Assembly (NCBI GenBank): GCA_001643675.2
Contig: LSRY02000007.1
Span: 62,001 to 126,000, forward strand
DNA from: Monocercomonoides exilis PA203
Taxonomy: Eukaryota; Protista; Preaxostyla
Direction: 5' to 3'
Length of the DNA stretch: 64,000 nt
In this document: positions 37,608 to 48,500 of the stretch, in pieces
Numbering within the stretch: position 1 is the stretch's first letter
Layout of the letters: each line of letters starts with the position of its first letter
Program-made: the position numbers and the translations under genes
The notes under the pieces: generated by a model
Seen by the model: only the letters and a program-made list of their open reading frames with translations
Database searches by the model: none
Told to the model about the DNA's origin: nothing

Positions 37608-38614
37608 GGGTCAGCTTTTTAATGGGACTTTTTCCTTTATTGGCACTTTTTTTATTTTCGATCAAAAAAGCTGAGAAGTGAAAAGTGGCTTTCATCATTT
37701 GGATAACCGATTTTAACAAAGTTTATTCAATTTATTTCCGGTTTGTTTTTTAATTTTTGTTTATTATTTAACGAGATATTACGTTTTTTTGATAAATTTG
37801 AATTGGCTTTTCCTACTCAACCAAGCATTTCCAGAAAATGAAAAATACTGTTTTCAAAAGCACTAACTTTTATCTAACTGTTGTTTAATTCTTTTTTTTG
37901 ACAAACATTTTTTTCGTGTTATTTTTGCATTTCATTTTTTTAACAACATGCTAACATAAAACTGATTGTTTCTTTGTAAATATAATGAAATGATAAAAAT
38001 AAAAATGTGATATGAAAAACAAATACCCTAATAATGAAGTTTTATAAAAATAGAACATAGTTTTTTTCTTTTAGTCAAGAACAGCCAAATGGCTCCAACA
38101 ATATTTGATCTTCGATCAAACTTTTGTGACATTGTTAAGTTCTGGACATATAGAAAAAAACTATGTTCTATTTTTATAAAACTTCATTATTAGGGTATTT
38201 GTTTTTCATATCACATTTTTATTTTTATCATTTCATTATATTTACAAAGAAACAATCAGTTTTATGTTAGCATGTTGTTAAAAAAATGAAATGCAAAAAT
38301 AACACGAAAAAAATGTTTGTCAAAAAAAAGAATTAAACAACAGTTAGATAAAAGTTAGTGCTTTTGAAAACAGTATTTTTCATTTTCTGGAAATGCTTGG
38401 TTGAGTAGGAAAAGCCAATTCAAATTTATCAAAAAAACGTAATATCTCGTTAAATAATAAACAAAAATTAAAAAACAAACCGGAAATAAATTGAATAAAC
38501 TTTGTTAAAATCGGTTATCCAAATGATGAAAGCCACTTTTCACTTCTCAGCTTTTTTGATCGAAAATAAAAAAAGTGCCAATAAAGGAAAAAGTCCCATA
38601 AAAAAAGTTGACCC
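37608..38614. mobile_element. Giant palindromic (foldback/MITE-like) element, copy E2
   Basis: TA|GGGTCAGC...GTTGACCC|TA. Arms 37622-38069 and 38152-38599 are reverse complements (448 bp) around an 82-bp core containing TTTGATC-TTC-GATCAAA. Confidence 0.88.
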
Positions 38615-38740
38615 TATTTAAAAGGAAATGCATCATTTTTTAACTATTCAAGAACAAAGTGTGCTCACGAAATAAAAATCAAGAGTATTTGAACAGCAAA
38701 ACATAAGTTATTAATGCCACTAATCAAATAAAATTTTCAT

Positions 38741-38822
38741 TTCGAAATCGAATTATTTATTTTCGATTTTGTATAATTATTTCCGAAATCGAATTATTTT
38801 TTTTGAAATAGAATTATTTTTG
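38741..38822 (+). repeat. Degenerate ~20-bp tandem repeat (about 4 units, consensus ~TTCCGAAATCGAATTATTTT)
   Basis: ttcgaaatcgaattatttat / tttcgattttgtataattat / ttccgaaatcgaattatttt / ttttgaaatagaattatttt. Confidence 0.6.
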
Positions 38823-39138
38823 GTGTTAATGATTCAAAAACAATTATGAGGAATAAAACTGATTGATTAATTCGATAACTATTAAAAGCTAAATGTTGAA
38901 AAGAAAAACGGAAAGCATTCAAAAGTTTTGAATAAAATGAAAACAGTCTCAGAAAACCCAGAAAAACTGAAAGGCAACCAAAGCTTGGAAAACATTCTAT
39001 TCTGAGAAAGGAATAAGTGGGAATATGTTATTTTCAAATAAAGGAAAACGAAATATTTCAGAAATTATGATTTTGACTTTGTTTTCTTTTGAGAAAAAAA
39101 AATTTTTTTTGGATGATTTTCACGTAATTTTTTGAGTC

Positions 39139-39139
<1 letters not shown>

Positions 39140-39172
<33 letters not shown>
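39140..39172 (+). repeat. Poly(A) tract, 33 nt
   Basis: Seen directly. Confidence 0.9.
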
Positions 39173-39174
<2 letters not shown>

Positions 39175-39298
39175 ACTCATCCCTTTTAAACCTCAATAAT
39201 ATTATGCATTTGAAAAAATAGAATTCTTTATGATCTATTTACGCAGCGATAATCAAATAAACACAAAAAACCCCTTCCAGTTGCAAAACTCAACAACC

Positions 39299-39535
39299 TT
39301 ACCAATAATAATATGAAATTCCAGAACAATTGACAATGCTTATAACATATGGCTTCTTTTCATCAGTCAGAACAAAATCATTAACAACAGAGGATATGAT
39401 TTCAACACCTGTAAAAAACCACAACAGATCCTACGTGCAACCATAAAGTTTGCTCTCTGTAACTTCTCCCTCATCAAATATGGATTCAAAACCAACCTCA
39501 ACTTTTCCTTTACCCTCTCCCAGCCACTCACTTTC
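39299..39535 (-). pseudogene. Decayed coding fragment between E2 and E3
   Basis: Minus frame SEWLGEGKGKVEVGFESIFDEGEVTESKLYGCT*DLLWFFTGVEIISSVVNDFVLTDEKKPYVISIVNCSGISYYYW* has coding-like composition and one in-frame TAG. Confidence 0.35.
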
Positions 39536-39748
39536 TTAGTGCATCATACAAAAATCACAGGCAATTATGAACTTTTTGAACATCAATAAAATTAATTCAA
39601 TTTTTCTATCCGTATTCCCTTTTATGATTGAACGATAAACTTCTTTTCTCAAGCGTTTTCTCTTCTGGCTTTATAACTTTCATTCAACTTGAAAGTTTAG
39701 AATTTCTTCATTCATGTTTGCACTTTCAATCCAAGATGACACACTGTA

Positions 39749-40738
39749 GGGTCAACTTTTTTATGGGACTTTTTCTTTATTGGCACTTTTTTTGTTTTTG
39801 ACTGCCAACTTTCAACAAACGTTGATTGGCTTTCAGTATTTCAAAAAACCTTTTTTACAAGTTTAACACAATTTATTTACAGTTTGTTTTTTAATTTTTG
39901 TTTATTATTTCACGAGATATTACGTTTTTTTGAAAAATTTGCATTGAAAAAGCATTTCCAGAAAATGAAAAATACTGTTTTCAAAAGCACTAACTTTTGT
40001 CTAACAACTTTTAAATTCTTTTTTTTCATAAACACTTTTTTCTTGTTTTTTTCACATTTCATTTTTAACAACATTCTAACATAAAACCGATTATTTCTTT
40101 GTTCATATAATGAAATGAAAAAAATAAAAATTTGATATGAAAAGCAAATAGTCTAATAATAAAGTATTGGAAAAATGAAACATTAATTTTTTCTATTTGT
40201 CAAGAACTTAACTTTTTTACAAAAACTTGATCATCGATTATTTTAAGAAAGCGCCATTTGTCCGTTTTTGTTAAATAGAAAAAATTAATGTTTCATTTTT
40301 CCAATACTTTATTATTAGACTATTTGCTTTTCATATCAAATTTTTATTTTTTTCATTTCATTATATGAACAAAGAAATAATCGGTTTTATGTTAGAATGT
40401 TGTTAAAAAAATGAAATGTGAAAAAAACAAGAAAAAAGTGTTTATGAAAAAAAAGAATTTAAAAGTTGTTAGACAAAAGTTAGTGCTTTTGAAAACAGTA
40501 TTTTTCATTTTCTGGAAATGCTTGGTTGAGTGGGAAAAGCCAATGCAAATTTTTCAAAAAAACGTAATATCTCGTGAAATAATAAACAAAAATTAAAAAA
40601 CAAACTGTAAATAAATTGTGTTAAACTTGTAAAAAAGGTTTTTTGAAATACTGAAAGCCAATCAACGTTTGTTGAAAGTTGGCAGTCAAAAACAAAAAAA
40701 GTGCCAATAAAGAAAAAGTCCCATAAAAAAGTTGACCC
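39749..40738. mobile_element. Giant palindromic (foldback/MITE-like) element, copy E3
   Basis: TA|GGGTCAACTTTTTTATGGGAC...GTCCCATAAAAAAGTTGACCC|TA. Arms 39749-40198 and 40273-40738; the left arm has a 17-to-3 bp replacement near 39947 and a 2-bp homopolymer difference; 74-bp core. Confidence 0.88.
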
Positions 40739-40799
40739 TAATTTCCAATTATCAACTTATCAAAATTTCAGAGTGCATGTTTCAGTGTTCTCTCAATCA

Positions 40800-42270
40800 G
40801 AAGGGAGTTTGACATTTATATTTCGTATGAACCAACAAATTGTTTATTTCAACGTAATTTTTTTTGATCAATATGACAGAACACCTTCTTTGAACAACTT
40901 CTAAAAGCGCTCATCTTCGTCTGACCAGCGCACAAAAGAATTATTAAAATAGGAGATTATTTCCCTTCCAAGCTTCAGAGATAATACAATGAAAGATCAA
41001 CAATACTTAAAAAAAGAATGTGAATCACATATTTTGTTATCTTGCTATCTGAAAATTCAGTATATGCATTTCAGATAATAAAGAAGGAAAGAGTTCATTC
41101 AAAAATTCTTCGTGAAGGGAACAGAAAGTTCAAAGTATTAACCTTGTGGCTAAAAGATCTCTCTATCTTCGCGTCGGATAGATGGATAAATTCCTGTTAA
41201 GTTGACATTTGCCCAATGATTGTTGCGAATATATTTTTTGGAAATGGATCATTTGTGGCTGATGAAGATGAAGTTAGAAATTTGTAAATAATGAATAACA
41301 ATGAATCAAACAAAGCGTTGAGATTTCAAAATATCAAATGACAGTGCACGAAATGTTTCTTTTGATAACATAGTTTATAATAGAAAAACGAATGGTTACG
41401 AGTTATTCGAAAATCTTTCCTTTCATCCTCATAAGCAATCTTGTCACCAAAATTACTCGCATGCAATTGAAGAATCTGTGAAATGTCCATTGAATATCAA
41501 TCCATCATCTACGAAGTCTCAGAATGAGAATCCAATTGATTATTCATTCATATAAAATAGAAACTGATATGTAGAATGAATTCATTTTATTCATATTGCA
41601 TCCTTGCAGTTAGGACAAAGAGAAAAACAGTTCATTTTTTTCCTGCCTGCTTGATACTCATGAAGGAGCTTTCGCCATATTCCTCTTCAAATCTCTTTTT
41701 ATCGTAAAGCAAACGACTTGAAGCATACAAAAATGATCCAATAAATTGATCAAAAATTTGCGTGCATCTGTTGTTGATTAAATAATCTTGAAACGTTGAG
41801 TGTTTGCTATCGGATCCTTATTTTGAAAGCAATCTTTCAGTTATCTATTTCAAATGGCCATAACAGTTTTTGCACCAGATTTCAAAAATTTGTTTTCTGC
41901 TATTTGATTTATTTTCATATTTATTCATCAATGAATTTGCTGATCAATTCAATTAAATTTTCTAATTTTCAAATTCATTCATATTCAACATTCCCATGAG
42001 TCATCAAGAATGAAATTTATGAGTATGCAAATCATAAACAATTCATATTCTTTAAATATCCGATAACAAACTCTTCCAACTTTCCTTCAGAATTGAAGCT
42101 TCTAAATGTAACAAAGACTAACTCTTCCAGAATAGGATATACCAGTTTCCCCTTCTTGTAAATGGAATTACATTATCTTCTTTGAAACATATCCAATTTC
42201 AAAAATTTGTAAACAACTTCATAAATGATGAGTTCTCAGAAAACCGTTTTCCACAAATTCAAACAATACT
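40800..42270 (-). pseudogene. Heavily decayed coding relic of unknown origin
   Basis: Scattered stop-interrupted minus-strand peptides such as IYKKGKLVYPILEELVFVTFRSFNSEGKLEEF, QFIGSFLYASSRLLYDKKRFEEEYGE and MDISQILQLHASNFGDKIAYEDERKDF. Confidence 0.3.
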
Positions 42271-42493
42271 GTTGGTTTGATCGAAAAGAAACATAAAACA
42301 AACATTTCGAGACTTTTACAGCTTGACATATACTATAAAACACTTCCTTTTAAATTTATTATCGTTAGACAAAAGATCTGGTGCTTATTTTTTTTTTTCA
42401 ATTTGCAAAACAATAAAGATTGTTTGTGTTTATTGTTTCTTTCATTAAACTTAAAACTTTACCCAGCATGTTTAACATTTTTTTGCAATAACA

Positions 42494-43928
42494 ATGGAAA
42501 TCAGCGAAAACGGAAAACAAAGGGCAGAATATTCGAAGATATACATTGCAGAAAAATTTTCGAGCTTGGGTATTTCAACTGTTGATTCAACTTGTGATAT
42601 TTTGGTATTTTTCAATAATTTTTTATAGAATTGTTTGATGAATTGAAAGGTTGTACCATTTTGAAGCAAAAAATGAAAATAGAGGAAATGAATAGTCAAA
42701 TGGAAAAAACGGATAAAAAAGATTTTCAATCCATTTTTACAAAGCCACTGTTTGATAAAATGGATAAAATGATAGAAGAAAAACGATTATCTTGGAAAAT
42801 GCAATTTTGTTTTTGAAATGCATGGGATATTGGAAAGTGTTGATAAATATTTTCTTCAACAATTTTTGCTCTTGCTCGTTGAATAAAAGAATTCAAGAGA
42901 TGATAATAATTGAAAATAAGAAGAAAGAAGGAATAAATGAAACTCTTCTAGCTGCCATGTGTGAAATCTATCTGACACTTAACAAAAAATTTCGTCTGAA
43001 TTGCTTTCTGTGTGTGTTCCTTTCCTTCTGAAAATTGCATCGAACAAAGAGGAAAAAGAAGAAATTAGAAAAGAAGTGGAAACGGCTCTAATGGCACTGA
43101 GTTGCATTCGTGAATATTTTGTATGCGTATTTCTGTTTCCTTTTTGATATTATTGTTTTTCCTCTAATATTTTGCAAGAGAATACTTAAAAAGCTGTATT
43201 TGGAAGAAATATCAGAAATAATCCAACAACATCAAGAACATCACAATCTTACTCGAATTGCATATGAATCAGCTTGGAAGTTTTTGATAAAGAGATTATT
43301 CACATACAGAAAGTTAGAAGACATAATAGTGAAAGATCTGCATTTTTTCAGAGAGACATCAAGAGAATTGGATGATCTGAGGGGGTGCGTTGATTGGAAG
43401 AAGAAAGAAGAAGAAAGTGGAAGAGAAAAATCAAAAGAAGAGACAAATTTATGGGGATGGTTAATTTATGTGGAAAATTTCTTTGTTTCGTTCAGAAAGA
43501 GGAACGGAGAAATTGTTGGACTTGTCAACAGTGTTACAGATGTTTTTCGAGAAGCAAAAGAAAATTACGGTAAAATTAGCTGCATGTGTGTCGAAACTTT
43601 TAAATTTGCATCGCAAAACAGAGCTGTTGAAATTGATGATTTGTTGAAAGGAGGAGCAGTTGATATGATTTTTGAGGAAATTCAGCGAGCAACATCGAAA
43701 GTCGAAGTTATAGGCGATTGTTTGAAATTTTTTTTGGAGATTTCAGAAAAATTGAAAGGAAAGATGGAAAAAGAAAGGGAAGAAATGAAAAGGAAAATGT
43801 TTGATAAGATGGAAGAAGAAGGATATGATGATACCATTACGAGTTTCCACAAAGCATTACAGTTTATTCGTAGAAATTGTTACAATACATTATCTTTAAG
43901 ATTGGAAGATTATTTTGTGAGCATTTGA
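42494..43928 (+). pseudogene. Member of an expanded lineage-specific alpha-helical gene family, carrying two apparent -1 frameshifts (pseudogene or homopolymer errors)
   Basis: The chain LFDELK...KIEEMN...LFDKMDKMIEEKRLS/LENAILFLK...LLAAMCEIYLTL/...LLKIASNKEEKEEIRKEVETALMALSCI...LDDLLKGGAVD-like...MEEEGYDDTITSF needs frame changes at ~42792 and ~42992, both in short T runs. Confidence 0.6.
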
Positions 43929-45521
43929 ACCGGAAATAATTTTTTTTCATTCCATTTCTTACTCTTTTTGCGAAATCCGATGATGAACGAATTTGTCCAC
44001 GCTTTCCATCACTTCATATTTAATAACTGATAGCTTAGGAAAAAAGAAAACGAAGATCAAAAAAAATTTCCCACGATAAAATCTTTATTGAAAACTATTT
44101 TAACTTCATAAATGATTTCATTCATATGAAAATTGCGAAGAATAATATCTGCTCTATTTTCTGTGAAAAATGCTATGATTCTTCTTTTAACAAACATGAG
44201 CCTGGGAACATTAATAACATTGAATGGTTATACGTACAATGCAAATTGCGATGTCCCGTATTGACAATCAAAATGTACATGTAATGTGGAATAATAAAAC
44301 AGTATTAAATGAAAAATACTTTAATTGAAAAAAAAGGAAAAAAAAGAGTTTCATCATGATTCTGAACAAATGATTAAACGAAACAACAAAACAAAATAAG
44401 CATTTCAAACAAACGATTAAAGAATCAATTGAAATGGTTTGAATGAGATTCCTACAAGAAAGCTAACAAGCAAATTGTTAATAGAAAGATTTATTCAATT
44501 TTAATGCATCACACTTTGTGTAAAAATAGATTTCTTGACTATTCGCTAACCAAAAAAAAGTTGACGAAACGAATTGAGAAACACATTCACACAGAAGAAA
44601 TAATACAAAGAAAGAAAGAAATACGCTTTCAACATATGGATTGCGCTTAAAACAAGAAGGAAACGAATCAGATAGATTCAGATGGCCGTTATATAGTGCA
44701 AAGGTTGAGCATTGTAACAGCATTGCATTTATATGCAACTGAGCTCAATCATATCGAGACAATTCAAGTCATATGCTGTTAAATTGAAAATGGTTAATCT
44801 TTTTTGACAATAAATGATAAATTATTGCAAAAGAGATAGACAGATAGAAAAAGGTCCAATAAATGCAAGCATAGAAATCAATAACATCTATCTAAATCGA
44901 TTTCCAATAAAAATAAGATTTAAAAAATTCCTCAATTCAATCGCCTGACGAAGAACAAAAATAATTGAAAGAAGAAAGCAAACTGAGCCTAACAATAAAG
45001 TAGGTCATGTAGAAATATCACAATTATTACATAAATAAAATTGGCTGACAACAATAAAATGTAAAGGAAAAAAAAAAGAATGAAAAATAAATAGACATAT
45101 CTAATAAAACATAGCCAAAAAATATATTCAAAAATATATCATCAATAACAATTGCAGAGAGAAAGAGAAAAACAAAGAATTTCAGAAGATTTTGCATAAT
45201 TAAGACAAAGTGAAGAATGAACTCTTCGACTGATTGAAAAAATAAAATTGGAAGCATCTTCAGCTTCTTTTCCTTCACAAAAAAAATAAATTGTCAAGGT
45301 TATAAATGACTATCCAAAACACTTCCGAATTATTCGAATCTCAAAATGCAACAAGCTGATCGGAAATAAATAGCATTCTTTCAGTTTGACATATCATCAA
45401 AGGATCAACAGTATTATCTTGACTTCATTTTCAATTTCGACCAATTTCATTATATCTGTGCAAATATATTCCATCTCAACAGTAACCCTTCTTTATATCC
45501 CCTCTAACATCAACTCCACAC

Positions 45522-48500
45522 TCATCCCTTCAACTTGTCAAGATACTTTTGAGCGAGCTCTCCAATCGTCTTGTTCGGGTTCTTCACCAACGCCTCCACC
45601 ACGCCAAACACAGTTGCCTCTCTCAGCAGCTTCTTTGTGTCTTCCCCACTCAAACAGACAATGTTGTACAACGACCTCAAGGAAAGCTCAACCACACTGG
45701 GAGACGACGAGTTCAGGTGCCTGCAGAGCGTCTCATGGAAATTGTCCTTCAGCAAATGAAAGTGATTTTCTGTTGAGTTAAAAAAAAACAAAGACAGAAT
45801 AACAAAAAATAAATTGAAAAAAAATATTGTTGGTTTCATTTAAGAAATTTATAAATTTATCTCCTTTTGACAATTTAAAAAGAAAACTAAAAAAGAAAAA
45901 AGAATAAACATTTCGAAACAACTTTACGCAATTTCATATCATTGCATTCAAAACACTCATTCATAAATGCAAATACACAAACCTTGACACTGTGATATCT
46001 TTTCAATAGAGAACAAAGCGCCTGCAATTTCGCTATCAGGATTCTGTTTCTGTTGCTGAACAATCATTTTCCCTCCTCCGCCTCCAATTTTTTGTTTTCC
46101 AGCAGCCAACGAAGAAGACGTCTGCTCTGCTGAATTTCCACTCGCAGCTGACTTTGCCCCAACAGCAGAGGCAGAAAGACCAGAAACAGAAGAAGAAGAA
46201 GAAGAAGAAGAAGAAGAAGAAGAAGAAGAGCTCTTTGAGGCAGCCTCTTGTCTTGTCACACACTGCTTGAGGAAGGCGATGATGGGCATGAGAGAGTCAG
46301 GGATTGGATTGGCTTTGTACAGAACAGCTATTGTCTGGGCAGAGAGTTTTGTTGTTTTGTCTGAGGATGCCTTGAGGAAGAGATCGAAGACGAACTGTGG
46401 GAGATGGGAAGACTCAGCTGAAGAGAGGAAGGGATGAGGAAGGAATGAAGCGTTGGTGGAAGAAGAAGAAGAAGAAGAAGATGATGATGATGATGCAGAT
46501 GATGATGAAGGCCCTTCCTTCTCACCATCAGCTTTGCTCTCGTTTTCTTGCTCTTTTTGCTCCTCCAGCATCGACCCAGCCATCACAATGTTGGATATCA
46601 TCATTATCCCATTCTCTGTGTTTATCCTTTCATTTTCTTCAACATACCTCATTTCTTCACCAAACCTCTTCTTCTCCTTCTGCCACTGCCTTTCTTCTCT
46701 TTCCTTCTTCAGCTTCTTCTCCCTCTCCACATCCAAATCAATCAGTGCATTTCTCACTTTGTTGTTTGCCTCTTCTCTTTCTCTCTCTTTCTCCCTTTCC
46801 TTCTCATCTCTTTCTCTTTCTCTTTCTCTCTCCTTTCTGGTTTCCTTCTCCTTCATCACAGATTTCACCATCACCTTCAGCACTTCCACAAAACCTGCTT
46901 CAAACAGACTCTTCTTCTGCTGCGGAGTCAGAACAGACAAAGACCGGAGGAGAGAAAGAGAAAGAGAAGATGGAATGGGAAGAAGAGAAGAGAAAGAAGA
47001 AGAGGAAGAAAGAGGAGGAGCAAATGAACGAGATAGAGAGAGCAATGCAGAAGAGAGGGAATAAAAGAGGGGAAGCAGCTGAGATCGAATATGAGCCTCT
47101 TGTTTGACTGATTTTGCATATTGGATGAGTGTTGTTATCAGATGGCACAAAATATCCACTTCTTCAAAAGAAAGAGAAGAAGAGGAAGAAGATGCTGATG
47201 TAGATGAAGATGAATAAGCAGACAGAAGAGGCTGAAAAGAAGTAAACACAAATTCCTCTTCTGAAGAGTCATTCCTATTTGTTTCTCTTATCTCAAAGCA
47301 TTTGCTAAGCAGGCAATTTACTCTCAACAGCATCTTCTGTGAAAGAAGAGAAGATGCAACAGAAGGAATGGGGAGGGTGCTGATAAGATGGATGTTGCTG
47401 AACACATCACACGATGGAACAACACTCTCTTTGCTTTCAGCACCTTCAGAGGATAAACTGAAATAGAAGAAATTTATTTGATTCATAAAAGATTCATAAA
47501 ATAAATCAATCAAATTAATTAGATGAAAAAGTCAATCATAAAAAATAAACAGAAAAGCTAAGAAATAAAAACAAATATTTTAATTAACAATTTGACATGT
47601 TAACATCATCCATTCCTCTCTCAAACATCTTTCCCCTCAACAAAAAAGACAAACACACACCTGAATGATTCAACCATCTCCCCAATGCTCATCCCACACA
47701 GTTCTCTCAATGTTCCCTCAGACATCAGCATCTCCCTCAGAAACGCTGCTGTTTTGAACTTCCTTTCATTCGCTATTTCAGACAGCAGCTGCTCTGAAGA
47801 CGAAACAACAGAAGAAAAACTGATTATTTTCTCTGAAGGCGAAGGAGAAGAAGGAGAAGACGAGGCCGGAGAAATAGCAGGGACGGAGAAATAGCTTGTG
47901 GTGAGTATGTTGTGGAGGACGATGTCTTTGACTGTCCGAATGACAGCAGAGTTGACATTTTTGAGAGGGATTCCTCTGCAGAGAGAGGAGAGGAAGACAA
48001 ACAAGGCACAGTTTGTGCAGAGATCAGGGCATGCAATGGAAGAAGACATTGGAGTGATTGAAGAAGAGGAAGAGGAAGAGGAAGATGATGATAGTGATGA
48101 TCCACCATTGAAATATTCCAAGCACATTCTGTCAGCTTCATGCAAGCTGAGGTTGTTCAGCCACATTCGACAGACTTCAACCACACTCTCAATCGAGTCG
48201 TGTTCTTCTCTTTCTTTCCTTTCTCTCTCTTCATCAACACCATCATCATTATCATCATTCAGAGAAGAGGAAATATCTTCATTTGCTCTCTCAATGCGCA
48301 TCTTGTTTGATTCTGCTTGTTTTGGTGTGATTGCGTAGGATGGCTGACTTGAAGACGAGGAAGAAGAGGAAGAGGAAGAGGAAGAGGAAGGTAAAGAAGA
48401 AGTTGGGGTTGAGCATTTAATCTTCATGTTGTATGCAGACAGAGCAACATAATACATCACAGAAGAAGCCAAATCCATCATGCAAACAACTCCATCATCA

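Noticed and set aside
37600-38622. hAT (TAGGG ends, 8-bp TSD), Merlin (8-9 bp TSD) or Harbinger (TWA TSD) assignment
   Set aside because: No 8-9 bp or 3-bp duplication flanks E2 or E3; only the TA dinucleotide is shared on both sides.
38741-38822. CRISPR-like array
   Set aside because: Degenerate tandem units without unique spacers, eukaryotic context, no cas genes.
37608-40738. Inverted-repeat centromere (yeast-style IR plus central core)
   Set aside because: Three copies within 31 kb with cores of only 54-82 bp fit a dispersed repeat better; cannot be fully excluded without CenH3 data.
39884-40904. Short ORFs inside palindrome E3
   Set aside because: Phe/Lys-rich translations of A/T tracts, not conserved as ORFs in E1 or E2; no transposase motif.
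44000-45400. Long intergenic stretch with small ORFs
   Set aside because: AT-rich, with no motifs, repeats or RNA-gene signatures recognisable by eye.
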